From Eledone cirrhosa (lineage: Eukaryota), in assembly GCA_964016885.1 (NCBI GenBank), contig OZ024741.1:344472001-344536000 (forward strand): DNA of 64,000 nt. Direction: 5' to 3'. Below the pieces are notes generated by a model that was not told the DNA's origin, did no database searches, and was given only the letters and a program-made list of their open reading frames with translations. Shown here one piece after another: positions 23,366 to 36,600 of the stretch. The translations under genes and the position numbers were made by a program. Numbering within the stretch: position 1 is the stretch's first letter; each line of letters opens with the position of its first letter.

Positions 23366-23632
23366 AATTGTTTCTACTTTTGGCACAAGACCAGCAATTA
23401 ACCCAGTGGTACTTTTTATAAGTATGCTTTCTTATATAGGCACAAGGCCAGTAATTTTGAGGGAGGGGAAAGTCGATTAAATCGACCCCAGTGCATGACT
23501 GGTACTTTATTTTATCGACCCCGTAAGGATGAAAGGCAAAGTTAACCTCGGCGGGATTTGAACTCAGAACGTAAAGGGATGTAACTCTATACTGCAAAGC
23601 CTAGCGTCCAACCTTCTACCGATGCTGCCAAT
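23366..23632 (-). mobile_element. SINE family A (cctttcatcc..ggggtcgataaaataaagtaccag core)
   Basis: Matches about a dozen copies in the window; core resembles the Meta/MESC-type SINE central domain (from recall). Confidence 0.8.
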
Positions 23633-24232
23633 GCGCCGCCCTTGTTCCTATATCTAAGTATAAAAAAAAAAACTCTACATAAGATTGAGCAAGATACCCA
23701 ACCTAATGTTAAGACCCCAACCTCTGATATAAACGTGGTTTCTTGCATTCGGTAATAATAATCTAGAACAGTCGTCAAAAATCTATGGTTGGTGTCATCT
23801 CCGATAAAAAAGGCGGAGATGTTCATAGTAAACAAGTAAATGGATATGAATGAGTTTCCGCTGGTCCAATCAAACGAACTACATACTAATTTAATTCAAC
23901 AGGCAAATATACCATTAAGATTATTTCTTGAGCAGAATCAGCATAAAACAGGAAGACAAAGCTGGGCCCTTGAAATACATTTAGAGATCAGGAAACGGGA
24001 TTCCATAAACGGGTTTCACTAAATAATTTCATTCCCAAGGTTTGGGTTAACTCATTGCGGATGATGTCACGCAATAGTATCGACTTCATGGCTACAAAGC
24101 GAACCTTTCTAGCCACTAGACCCCAGCTCATGCCTGCTTAAAACTAGAATGCATAAACATATAGTTTTCAATTTCCTGGTGTGCAAAACAGAAACATGTA
24201 TCATCTCTTCTATTTAGATCAGGGCCGAGTCC

Positions 24233-24316
<84 letters not shown>

Positions 24317-24319
24317 CAG

Positions 24320-24351
<32 letters not shown>

Positions 24352-24382
24352 GTATATATATATGTATATATATATATATACA

Positions 24383-24422
<40 letters not shown>

Positions 24423-24429
24423 TATATAT

Positions 24430-26347
24430 ATCTATCTATCTAAGGCGGGTAAAATTCCCGAGATCCATGGGCGAGTTCTCTCCAGCGGTCTCTGTCCCTC
24501 ATTATCGCTGCCATGTCCTGCAACTCCAACAGACCAGTGTCTGTCCTTAGGGCATCAACATACGTTAACCTTGGTCTTCCTCTTCAAGTGTGTCCATGTA
24601 GGGGCTCCCAAAGGAGTACTGAGTGCAATGTCAACTCTGGATGTCGGTGAGCATGTCCAGCTAACCTCAGTCTCCTCTGTGTCACTTTTGAGCTGACTTT
24701 TGGGATGCTCCCATACAGCTCTGAGTTTTTCATCCTCAGTGTATACTGATTAATGTTCAGAGCCATCCCCAGCATTCTCGTGTAGCACCCATCCACCATC
24801 TGAGTGAGTCTCTTGGTCAGTGTCCAAGTCTCAGACCCATACAGCAGCACAGACTCCACTACAGCAATGAAGAGGCGGATTTTCAGGTCTCTACGAAGGT
24901 CCGACTTCCACACCGATCTCAAGCTGTGGCACGCCGCCCAGGCCTTGCTCTTCCTCTCAACCACATCATCTTCCGTATTCCCAATCTTTGCTCCCAAATA
25001 CAGGAAGTCCTCAACCAATTCCAGCGGCTTCCCGCCTACATTAGTGATCCCCTCTGGCTTCTCAACATTCTCTACCAGATATTTTGTTTTAGTCTCATTC
25101 ATTCTCAGCCCCACACTCATCGACACAGTCTCAACCTCCCGCATCAAATCCTCTGCCTCCTTCACTGTATTTGTCACCAAAACTATGTCGTCGGCAAATT
25201 CAGCATCCGATACCTTTTTCCCCCTAACTCTCCTGCTCTGAGCCGGTGCTACAGTAAAGCCAGAGTCCTGGTGTTTCTCCAGTGCAAGGCGCATACAATA
25301 GTCCACTACGATGATAAAAAGGCAGGGAGCCAATGTATCTCCCTGGAGCACTCCAGCCAGTATCTCAAAGAACTCTGTCATCCCATCAGGTGTAATGACT
25401 TGGGCTTTGGTGTTGGTGTAGAGCAGTGATATCAGGTCCACTATCTTCTTGGGGATTCCATAAGCCTGTAAGATCTTCATCAGGCAGTAACGGTCAAAGG
25501 CCTTCCTAAAGTCAATGAAAACCATGACCGCAGGAAGGCACTTTGCTCTAGCTCCCTCTAATATCCTCCTCAGCATCAGGATGTGACTGGTGGTTGATCT
25601 ACTCTCTCTGAAGCCGTTCTGGTTGTCCCTGAGCTTCTTCTCCATCTCAGGCTGGATCCTGTTAAGAATCATCCTGTTGAGGGTCTTTGCCACAAGTGAC
25701 TTCAGTGAGATCCCCCGGTAGTTGTTGGTGTTAGAGAGATCTCCCTTCTTTGGCACTGGGACGATGTTACTGATCCTCCACTGATTCGGGGCAACTCCTT
25801 TCTCCAGTGCCCCGTTACAGAACCCAGGATGATATCATCAAAATCACACCTCTTCATCACCTCTGATGCCACTCCATCTACTCCATGAGCCTTGCCCTCC
25901 TTGATCCTCTTCTTGGCTCTCTGAAGCTCCTCTCTGGTGAAGGGCTCTGTCTCAACATCCAGTTCCTCAAACAGCCGCCTGATCTCCCCAGTGCTCTGGG
26001 CTGTGGAGGGTGGCTCTCCTAGTAGGGTCCTAAAATGGTCTAGCCATTTCCTCTTCCTATCCTCGGGCCCCGTTCCCTGGATCTGACTCGAACACCTCTT
26101 CTTCCTCCCTGTGATCTCGTTGATGATCATCCAGCTCTCCTTACATCCAGATCTGTCAACCGCTCTCTCCACACTTCTGATCTTCTCTATTAGTGCCTCC
26201 TCTCTGACCTCAGTGTAAGCGGTACAGAGCTCTTCCCTCATCACCTCCACAGTCTCCATCCTCTCCTCCGTAGGATCAGCATAGAATTGGTCCCTGGCAG
26301 CTTTCAGGTGTTCTCTGGCTGCACACACTTTGGGGTTTGCAGAGCTG
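24430..26347 (-). mobile_element. 5'-truncated RTE-type LINE; RT split by a frameshift near 25750
   Basis: KGDLSNTNNYRGISL, FIDFRKAFD, GVLQGDTLAP, FADDI, LLYGSETWTLT; (TAGA)n tail; (TA)n on both sides. Confidence 0.9.
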
Positions 26348-26386
26348 TATATATATATATATATATATATTTATTTTATTTATTTA

Positions 26387-27010
26387 TTGGGTTAGACAGA
26401 AAGTTCCGTCGTTTTTCAAAAGAAGGTATTTTGGTACTATTTACTTGAAATGTTGAAGGTTGCGCATGCGTCCATATATAAGAAGTGCCGTTGGTATGCA
26501 CTATATTCATTTCTCATTTCCTGTTACGCCGTCAAAGGGGAAGGAAATCGTTTATTCGTGGCTGTATACCTTGTGGCTTCAAATCTGGCCTGAGCGCTGC
26601 AGCATCGAGTCGTCGCATTAACAATGAATTTGTGCCACACGCTATGTTTGAACACAGCGCCAGGGACTGGTTCGTACGCTTCAGTCAGTTCAAGTGATTA
26701 CAACCTTGAAAATCGACCCCGCACAGGACATCCATCCGACTTCAATAATGAGCAGCTGCATGAGCTGATGGAAGCCGACCTACGCCAAGCATCATATCAA
26801 TTCCCCGGAGTGCTCGGGGCATCGAAAACAAACATCCTCAATCACTTGCATGCAATAGGGATGGTATCCAAGCTGGACCAATAGGTGCCCCCACAATCTG
26901 ACTGGTGGCCGTAATCGTGAATGTTGGGTGGTAGTTGCGATATCTCAGCTCTCCTCCCATTGCACAACCAACTGGTTACGTTTCAATGTCACTGGTGATG
27001 AAAAAGTACG
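26387..27010 (+). mobile_element. Mariner transposon 5' half (HTH region to first catalytic D), decayed
   Basis: TA-ttgggttagacagaaagtt TIR-like start; ARDWFVRF, LENRPRTGHP, LHAIGMVSKLDQ*VP, VTGDEK. Confidence 0.8.
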
Positions 27011-27104
27011 TATATTTTCTTGAATGTTATTTGCTTTATATGTGTTCAAAATACTGTGTTTCTCAAACGACATATGGCTCTCTCTCTCCTCTCTCTATAT
27101 ATAT

Positions 27105-27202
27105 ATATAAGAACAAAGTGGAGGTGTTACATATAAGATTTATTGCTCAACTCGGGTTGAGAAATAAATCTCATATGCAACACCTCTACTTTGTTCTTAT
27201 AT
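27105..27202. repeat. Imperfect hairpin (~47-bp arms) between TA runs
   Basis: The arm also occurs singly at ~488-533. Confidence 0.85.
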
Positions 27203-27289
27203 ACAGTCTGCTCTATATCGAGTGCTGGCATTGGTACTCTCACCAGTTTTCTTCGGACTTACTGAACCATTTGCCTATATATATATATA

Positions 27290-27483
27290 TAAATCAAAAT
27301 AGATGCAGTAAAAACCTGTAGACCATTACTCACCAGGGTATTCAGTACTTGGGTTTGTAGAGAGTGATAATATGAAAAAGTCGGGACCTCGAAGGTTGAA
27401 CTTTTGCCGTTTCAATACTTAGAGCGGAACTAGCTCTTGGAACGGCAAGAGCTCAGTCATCGGGGTCCCGACTCTTTCATATA
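27290..27483. mobile_element. (TA)n-flanked hairpin element with decayed hammerhead 3' half
   Basis: Inverted arms at 27369-27415 and 27437-27483; related to 8019-8080 and 60911-61109. Confidence 0.6.
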
Positions 27484-27739
27484 TATATGAACAAGTGTGT
27501 CTTATTTACAATATGTCTTATATCAGAACCCACTACATATCCAACCTCAAAAGTACCTTCAAATACCCCAGAATTGTTCTTAAAGGTATAATCCGGTTAA
27601 TATAAAAGCCTATCGGATTTCTCTTGTAAAGTTATCTTTCATAGACATGAAGTGCTTTTCCACTACATTTATATGAGGCCGGTGAAACACTGTGCTATAG
27701 ACACATACTCAATACCATTAGTATATTTCATAACTTAAT

Positions 27740-27925
27740 AGGGCGGTGGATTGGCACTATCGGTAGAGGGTCGGACGCCATGCTTTCAAGCATAGTTACG
27801 TCCCTTTACGATCTGAGTTCAAATCCCGCCGAGGTTGACTTTGCCTTTCATCCTTACGGGGTCGATAAAATAAAGTACCAGTAATGCACTGGGTAATTGC
27901 TGGCCTTGTGCCTAAAGTAGAAACA
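27740..27925 (+). mobile_element. Full-length SINE family A with 20-bp TSD
   Basis: B-box gagttcaaatccc; TSD agtatatttcataacttaat at 27720-27739 and 27926-27945. Confidence 0.9.
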
Positions 27926-28377
27926 AGTATATTTCATAACTTAATTTTCGAAATTTCATATAGCTAATCTAGGCGTATTAAATAATAACACAAAATGAAA
28001 ACAATTTTAATTCATTTGAAATTATTATTGAACACAATATTTAATCTTTTATTCTTGAAATTCTTTAATTCTTAAAATGATTTTTATAAAGTAATAGAAA
28101 TCGGCGTGTCGGGATGTAAACCATCCTAGGAAATAAAAATCATCAATAAAACGTGTGGAAGTGGCCAGAAGCATTACCTGCATTAATAAACAAGTAATAT
28201 TAAGTTCCGTGAAACATGATTGATATATATAATTTATTATATTTAATTGTATTAGAGTTACAATTAGCCTCAGCTTATATTATATTAGATATGTAACAAA
28301 CGTAGATTTAGCAATTCTGAACACTATCATGTCAGTACTTTAGGATACATAATGGTTTTTTTTCTTTTTACTATTGA

Positions 28378-28571
28378 CATACCTGTCAACTCTCCCCATC
28401 AGACGGGAAGATCTCCCACCCACTTTGGTGTGGGTGAAAGATGTCTTCTGTTGTGAAAATGGGTATAGCTTTTATTATGTAAATTCTCCTCAATTACCTC
28501 ATTCCTCCCCGTTTTGGGGCACTTTTTTTCATGGTACTCTCGTTTAGGTTTTATTGAAGTTGGCAGGACTG
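28378..28571. mobile_element. MITE (cagacctgYcaac TIR family), diverged copy
   Basis: catacctgtcaac ... gttggcaggactg. Confidence 0.75.
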
Positions 28572-28729
28572 CACTATGAGTATAAAGAGATTTGTGGGGG
28601 GTTGAGCTTTTAGATATCCTTCAGAAACTTGACTATAATCAAAGACAGATTTTTTTAAAATGCAGTCCACCAACTGTCACTGTTTGACTTTGTGATTTAT
28701 TAATAGTTATGGTAAAACTAAAACATACT

Positions 28730-28908
28730 CAGACCTGTCAACCCCCCCTCGTCCGACAGGGAGATCTCCCACCTACTTTGGGGCGGGTGAGAGATATCTT
28801 CTCTTGTGAAAATAGGTATAGCTTTCATTATGTAAAATCTCCCCATTTTGCCTCATTTCTTTTTTTCATGATACACTCCGTTTGGGCTTTTAGAGGTTGG
28901 CAGGTCTG
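28730..28908. mobile_element. MITE (cagacctgYcaac TIR family) with 6-bp TSD
   Basis: catact|cagacctgtcaacc ... ggttggcaggtctg|catact. Confidence 0.85.
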
Positions 28909-29050
28909 CATACTGGAAACTAAAATATTCTAAAGCGAGAAGGCTCATGTGGTATGAGTAAAATTCTGTGTATAATTGCATCATATCTTTGGGGTACCTA
29001 GTGTCATTTAGCAGTCACGATGACATGTGGCATAATCTTCTTAGTTTTAC

Positions 29051-29385
29051 TAGACCTGTTAACTCTCCTCGTCCGACGGAGAGGTTTGTAATAGCCTTTG
29101 GGGTGGGCGAGAGATGTCTTCTCTTGTAAAAATGGGTATAGTTTTCATTATGTTAAATCTCTCCATTTTGCCACATTTCTCCCCGTTCTGGGGCACTTAT
29201 TTTCATGGTACTCCCTGTTTAGGTTTTTAGTGGTTTGGCAGGTCTGCATAATGGAAACTAAAATATTCTAAAGCGAGAAGGCACATGTGGGTATGAATAA
29301 GATTCTGTGTATAACTGCATCGTAGATTTGGGGTATCTAGTGTGATCTAGCAGTCACGATGACACGTGGCATAATCTTCTTGATT
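29051..29385. repeat. Tandem duplication of the preceding MITE plus right flank (~320 bp)
   Basis: The MITE and the ggaaactaaaatattctaaagcgagaagg...ggcataatcttctt flank are both repeated. Confidence 0.8.
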
Positions 29386-29631
29386 ATGCAATTTCATAAT
29401 CTAGGTTTGAACTGAAGTATGTGTGACAGTAGACAAGAAGGTACTAAGGAATTAAAAAATTAAATTTGCAGGTTAATGAACTGTTTCTTCTCGATCCACA
29501 TCAGTATCTATTGATTTGTACGTATGTCTATTTAATGGTAACACCTGCAATAGCTGCCAGTCGAGGCTGCTGAAAATAATATTTCCGGGTGCAATTATTG
29601 CATTTTAGTACAACCACTTCTGTGTTAGACA

Positions 29632-29876
29632 CAGGGGTGGTGGAAACATTTCTGAATTAGTGGGGCCAAATTTGCTCAATTTGGTTTAACTGTTATTATC
29701 AAATATCAACCAATATAGTAAGAAAAAAATCGATACGCTATAAACATAACATGTACATAAATTGTAGCGTATATATAAATAGATGTGTTTTGGTAGTTTG
29801 GGGAGGAAAATATAATTATTGGGGGGGGGGGGGGGGCAGGCCCCATCCCACCAAATCCCCAGTTCCACAGCCCCTG
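29632..29876. mobile_element. hAT-like MITE (caggggYggtggaa TIR)
   Basis: caggggtggtggaa ... ttccacagcccctg; second copy at ~59195-59372. Confidence 0.7.
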
Positions 29877-30039
29877 GAGCATCAATGCTGCAAGTTAGAT
29901 AATCACCATCGATAGTAAATCAACCACTGCCTTATCCACTGTGTTTATTACATTACTGTCGCGAAGAAGTCTTCCCTCTCCAGCATGTAACAAATTTTTA
30001 GGAAATTGATCTTATGAAACTGGGAGAAGTTCCATACTG

Positions 30040-30395
30040 GTTAGTACTTTATTTATCGATTCCGTAAGGATGAAAGGTAAACTTAACCTCGGTGTGATTT
30101 GAACTCAGAATGTAAAGAGCACGAACAAATACTCATATGAGTTTTCCCGACGCTCTGCCAGTCTAATAACGGTTTCTGATTTAGTCACGAGGCTAACAAT
30201 ATATATTTTTTTTTGTGTGTGCGTTTGGTGGTGGGGTATTGATTAAATCTACCCCAGTGCGTTACTGGTACTTTATTTTAATGACCCCGAAAGGATGGAA
30301 GACAAAGTTAGTTTTGACGGGATTTGAACTCAGAACATCGAAGGGGATAACGAAACACTGCAATGCATTTCATCCGACACTCTACCAACTCTGTC
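30040..30395 (-). mobile_element. Two adjacent diverged SINE family A copies
   Basis: gtacttta..aaggatg..gatttgaactcaga occurs twice. Confidence 0.75.
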
Positions 30396-30607
30396 AATAC
30401 ATAATACATCGCCGGTGGTGGCTGTAGTAATAGCTGTAGGTGTTAAACGTCGTTGTTGTAATTGAGTCCTACTTTATGTCTGGTAGAAGAAGGGACTAAT
30501 GACATGGATTCTGTATTTCTTTATATTGTCTACTATTGTTTTCCCCATTTTCCCTGTAAGACGATTGTATATGATTTGAGGGATATTTTACTGCTATGTC
30601 TAGTAGG

Positions 30608-33600
30608 TCAAGTGACCGGCTTGGGGCTACTCCAATGGTGGATGGGAGTAGTGGTGATTGTGACTGGAGCTGATGCCGGTGCTGATGGTTGGCTGTGGTG
30701 GTGGATATGGAGGTAATGGTAGGTATAGGCGTGGTGATGATGGTTGTGGTACTGAGTGATGGTGGTGCTGATAGTGTTGGTTGTGGTGGTGGTGGTGCTG
30801 ATGGTGATGGTTGTGGTGGTTGTGGCTGTAATGGTGATGGTTGCGACTGTAGTGGTGGTAATCGTTGTGGTAGAAGTGGTGATGGTTGTGGTGGTGATGG
30901 TTGTGGTGGTGCTGGTTGTGGTGGTGATGGTTGTAGTTGTAGTGGTTGTAGTTGTAGTGGTGATGGTTGTGGCTGTAGTGGTGGTGATGGTGGTTGTAGT
31001 TGTGGTGGTGGTTGTAGTTGTAGTGCTGGTGATTGTTGTGGCTGTAGTCGTGGTGGTAGTGGTTGTGACGGTTGTGGTGGTGATGGTTGTAGTGGTTGTG
31101 GTGGTGATGGTTGTAGTGGTGGTGATAGTTGTGGTGATGGTTGTAGTGGTGGTGATAGTTGAGGCTGTGATGGTGATGGTTGTGACTGTAGTGGTGGTGA
31201 TGGTTGCGGCTATAGTGGTGGTGGTTGTGGCTATAGTGGTGGTGGTTGTGGCTGTGGTGGTTGTGGCTGTAGTGGTGATCGTTGTGGCTGTGGTGGTGAT
31301 GTTTGTGGCTGTGGTGGTGATAGTTGTGGTGATGGTTGTGGTAGTAGTGGTGATGGTTGTGGTAGTAGTGGTGATGGTTGTGGTAGTAGTGGTGATGGTT
31401 GCGGCTGTAGTGGTGGTGGTTGTGGTACTAGAGGTGATGGTTGTGGCTGTGGTGGTGATAGTTGTGGTAGTAGTGGTGGTGGCTGTAGTGGTGATGGTTG
31501 TGGTTGTAGTGGTGGTGGTTGCGGCTGTAGTGGTGATGGTTGTGGTAGTAGTGGTGATGGTTGTAGTGGCGATCATTGTGGTAGTAGTGGTGGTGTTGGT
31601 GGTGGTGGTTGTAGTTGTGGTGGTGATTGTAGTGGTGGTGGTGGTTGTAGTGGTGGTGGTGGTTGTATTTGTGGTGGTGGTTGTAGTGGTGGTGATGGTT
31701 GTGGCTGTAGTCGTGGTGGTTGTGACGGTGGTGATGGTTGTGGTGGTGGTGGTTGTGGTGGTGGTGGTTGTGGTGGTGATAGTTGTGGTGATGGTTGTGA
31801 CTGTAGTGGTGGTGATGGTTGTGACTGTAGTGATGGTGATGGTTGTGACTGTAGTGGTGGTGATGGTTGTAGTGGTTGTGATGGTTGTGGTTGTAGTTCT
31901 GATGTTTGTGGTAGTAGTGGTGATGGTTGCGGCTGTAGTAGTGATGGTTGTGACTGTAGTGGTGATGGTTGCGGCTGTAGCGGTGATGGTTGCGGCTGTA
32001 GTGGTGATGGTTGTGACTGTAGCGGTGATGGTTGCGGCTGTAGTGGTGATGGTTGCGGCTGTAATGGTGATGGTTGTGACTGTAGTGGTGATGGTTGCGG
32101 CTGTAGTGGTGGTGGTTGAGGCTGTAGCGGTGATGGTTGCGGCTGTAGTGGTGATGGTTGTGACTGTAGCGGTGATGGTTGCGGCTGTAGTGGTGATGGT
32201 TGCGGCTGTAGTGGTGATGGTTGCGGCTGTAGTGGTGATGGTTGCGACTGTAGCGGTGATGGTTGCGGCTGTAGTGGTGATGGTTGTGACTGTAGTGGTG
32301 ATGGTTGCGGCTGTAGTGGTGAAGTTTGCGGCTGTAGTGGTGATGGTTGTCACTGTAGCGGTGATGGTTGCGGCTGTAGTGGTGATGGTTGTGACTGTAG
32401 TGGTGATGGTTGCGGCTGTAGTGGTGATGGTTGTGGCTGTAGTGGTGATGGTTGTGACTGTAGTGGTGATGGTTGCGGCTGTAGTGGTGATGGTTGTGAC
32501 TGTAGTGGTGATGGTTGCGGCTGTAGTGGTGATGGTTGTGGCTGTAGTGGTGATGGTTGTGACTGTAGTGGTGATGGTTGCGGCTGTAGTGGTGATGGTT
32601 GTGACTGTAGTGGTGATGGTTGCGGCTGTAGTGGTGGTGGTTGCGGCTGTAGTGGTGATGGTTGAGGCTTTAGTGGTGAAGGTTGCGGCTGTAGTGGTGA
32701 TGGTTGTGACTGTAGTGGTGATGGTTGCGGCTGTAGTGGTGATGGTTGTGACTGTAGTGGTGGTGATGGTTGAGGCTGTAGTGGTGATGGTGATGGTTGT
32801 GACTGTAGTGTTGGTGATGGTTGTAGTGGTTTCATGGTTGTGGTTGTAGTTCTGATGTTTGTGGTAGTAGTAGTGATGGTTGCGGCTGTAGTAGTGATGG
32901 TTGTGACTGTAGTGGTGATGTTTGTGGTAGTAGTGGTGATGGTTGCGGCTGTAGTGGTGATGGTTGTGACTGTAGTGGTGATGGTTGCGGCTGTAGCGGT
33001 GATGGTTGCGGCTGTAGTAGTGATGGTTTTGACTGTAGTGGTGATGTTTGTGGTAGTAGTGGTGATGGTTGCGGCTGTAGTGGTGATGGTTGTGACTGTA
33101 GTGGTGATGGTTGCGGCTGTAGTGGTGATGGTTGCGGCTGTAGCGGTGATGGTTGCGGCTGTAGTGGTGATGGTTGCGGCTGTAGTGGTGATGTTTGTGG
33201 TAGTAGTGGTGATGGTTGCGACTGTAGCGGTGATGGTTGCGGCTGTAGTGGTGATGGTTGTGACTGTAGTGGTGATGGTTGCGGCTGTAGTGGTGAAGTT
33301 TGCGGCTGTAGTGGTGATGGTTGTCACTGTAGCGGTGATGGTTGCGGCTGTAGTGGTGATGGTTGTGACTGTAGTGGTGATGGTTGCGGCTGTAGTGGTG
33401 ATGGTTGTGGCTGTAGTGGTGATGGTTGTGACTGTAGTGGTGATGGTTGCGGCTGTAGTGGTGATGGTTGTGACTGTAGTGGTGATGGTTGCGGCTGTAG
33501 TGGTGATGGTTGTGGCTGTAGTGGTGATGGTTGTGACTGTAGTGGTGATGGTTGCGGCTGTAGTGGTGATGGTTGTGACTGTAGTGGTGATGGTTGCGGC

Positions 33601-36600
33601 TGTAGTGGTGGTGGTTGCGGCTGTAGTGGTGATGGTTGAGGCTTTAGTGGTGAAGGTTGCGGCTGTAGTGGTGATGGTTGTGACTGTAGTGGTGATGGTT
33701 GCGGCTGTAGTGGTGATGGTTGTGACTGTAGTGGTGGTGATGGTTGAGGCTGTAGTGGTGATGGTGATGGTTGTGACTGTAGTGTTGGTGATGGTTGTAG
33801 TGGTTTCATGGTTGTGGTTGTAGTTCTGATGTTTGTGGTAGTAGTAGTGATGGTTGCGGCTGTAGTAGTGATGGTTGTGACTGTAGTGGTGATGTTTGTG
33901 GTAGTAGTGGTGATGGTTGCGGCTGTAGTGGTGATGGTTGTGACTGTAGTGGTGATGGTTGCGGCTGTAGCGGTGATGGTTGCGGCTGTAGTAGTGATGG
34001 TTGTGACTGTAGTGGTGATGTTTGTGGTAGTAGTGGTGATGGTTGCGGCTGTAGTGGTGATGGTTGTGACTGTAGTGGTGATGGTTGCGGCTGTAGTGGT
34101 GATGGTTGCGGCTGTAGCGGTGATGGTTGCGGCTGTAGTGGTGATGGTTGCGGCTGTAGTGGTGATGTTTGTGGTAGTAGTGGTGATGGTTGCGGCTGTA
34201 GTGGTGATGGTTGTGACTGTAGTGGTGATGGTTGCGGCTGTAGTGGTGATGGTTGAGGCTGTAGTGGTGGGGGTTGCGGCTGTAGTGGTGGTGGTTGAGG
34301 CTGTAGTGGTGATGTTTGTGTAGTAGTGGTGGTGGTTGCGGCTGTAGTTGTGATGGTTGAGGCTTTAGTGGTGATGGTTGCGGCTGTAGTGGTGATGGTT
34401 GCGGCTGTAGTGGTGATGTTTGTGGTAGTAGTGGTGATGGTTGCGGCTGTTGTCGTGATGGTTGAGGCTGTAGTGGTGATGGTTGCGGCTGTAGTGGTGA
34501 TGTTTGTGGTAGTAGTGGTGATGGTTGCGGCTGTAGTGGTGATGGTTGTGACTGTAGTGGTGATGGTTGCGGCTGTAGTGGTATGGTTGCGGCTGTAGTG
34601 GTGATGTTTGTGGTAGTAGTGGTGATGGTTGCGGCTGTAATGGTGATGGTTGTGACTGTAGTGGTGATGGTTGCGGCTGTAGTGGTGATGGTTGTGGCTG
34701 TAGTGGTGATGGTTGCGGCTGTAGTGGTGATGGTTGTGACTGTAGTGGTGATGGTTGCGGCTGTAGTGGTGATGGTTGCGGCTGTAGTGGTGGTGGTTGC
34801 GGCTGTAGTGGTGAAGGTTGCGGCTGTAGTGGAGATGGTTGTGGCTGTAGTGGTGATGGTTGCGGCTGTAGTTGTGATGGTTGAGGCTTTAGTGGTGATG
34901 GTTGCAGTTGTAGTGGTGATGGTTGCGGCTGTAGTGGTGATGGTTGTGGTAGTAGTGGTGATGGTTGCGGCTGTAGTGGTGATGGTTGGGGCTATAGTGG
35001 TGATGGTTGCGGCTGTAGTGGTGATGGTTGCGGCTGTAGTGGTGATGGTTGCGGTAGTAGTGTTAATGGTTGTGGTAGTAGTGTTGATGGTTGCGGCTTT
35101 AGTGGTGATGGTTGCGGTAGTAGTGGTGATGGTTGCCGTAATAGTGGTGATGGTTGTGGTAGCTATGGTGATGGTTGTGGTAGCTATGGTGATGGTTGCG
35201 GCTGTAGTAGTGGTGATGGTTGCGGCTGTAGTGGTGATGGTTGCGGCTGTAGTGGTGGTGGTTACGGCTATAGTGGTGGTGGTTGTGGTAGTAGTGATGA
35301 TGGCTGTAGTGGTGATGGCTGTAGTGGTGATGGTTGTGGTAGTAGTGGTGGTGGTTGTGGTGATGGTTGTGGTAGTAGTGGTGGTGGTTGTGGTGATAGT
35401 TGCGGCTATAGTGGTGATGCTTGCGGCTGTAGTGGTGATGGTTGGGGTAGTACTGGTGGTGGTTGTGGTGATGGTTGTGGTAGTAGTGGTGGTGGCTGTA
35501 GTGGTGATGGTTGTGGTGGTAGTGGTGGTAGCTGTAGTGGTGATGGTTGTGGTAGTAGTGGTGGTGTCTATAGTGGTGATGGTTGTGGTAGTAGTGGTGG
35601 TGGCTGTAGTGGTGATGGTTGTGGTAGTAATGGTGGTGGCTGTAGTGGTGATGGTTGCGGCTATAGTGGTGGTGGTTGTGGCTGTAGTGGGGATCGTTGC
35701 GGCTGTAGTGGTGATGGTTGTGGTAGTAGTAGTGATGGTTGCAGCTATAGGGGTGGTGGTTGTGGTAGTAGTGGTGGTGGTTGTGGTAGTAGTGGTGGTG
35801 GTTGCGGCTGTAATGGTTGTGGCTGTGGTGGTTGCGGCTGTAGTGGTGGTGGTGGTTGTGGTAGTAGTGGTGGTGGTTGTGGCTGTAGTGGTGGGGGTTG
35901 CGGCTGTAGTGGTGGTGGTTGTGGTAGTAGTGGTGGTGGTTGCGGCTGTAGTGGTGGGGGTTGCGGCTGTAGTAGTGGTGGTTGTGGTAGTAGTGGTGGT
36001 AGTTGCGGTGGTGGTGGTTGCTTCTGTAGTGGTGGTGGTTGCGGCTGTAGTCGTGATGGTTGTGACTGTAGTGGTGGTGTTGGTGGTGGTGGTTGTACTT
36101 GTGGTGGTGGTTGTAGTGGTGGTGGTGGTTGTAGTGGTGGTGATGGTTGTGGTTGTAGTCGTGGTCGTTGTGACGGTGGTGGTGGTTGTGGTGGTGGTAG
36201 TTGTGGTGCTGATAGTTGTGATTGTTGTGACTGTAGTGGTGGTGATGGTTGTGACTGTAGTGGTGGTGATGGTTGAGGCTGTAGTGGTGATGGTGATGGT
36301 TGTGACTGTAGTGTTGGTGATGGTTGTAGTGGTTGTCATGGTTGTGGTTGTAGTTCTGATGTTTGTGGTAGTAGTAGTGATGGTTGCGGCTGTAGTAGTG
36401 ATGGTTGTGACTGTAGTGGTGATGGTTGCGGCTGTAGCGGTGATGGTTGCGGATGTAGTGGTGATGGTTGCGGCTGTAGTGGTGATGTTTGTGGTAGTAG
36501 TGGTGATGGTTGCGGCTGTAGTGGTGATGGTTGTGACTGTAGTGGTGATGGTTGCGGCTGTAGTGGTGATGGTTGTGGTAGTAGTGGTGATGGTTGCGGC

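Noticed and set aside
27740-27830. tRNA gene
   Set aside because: SINE head with a B-box but no complete cloverleaf; flanked by a TSD.
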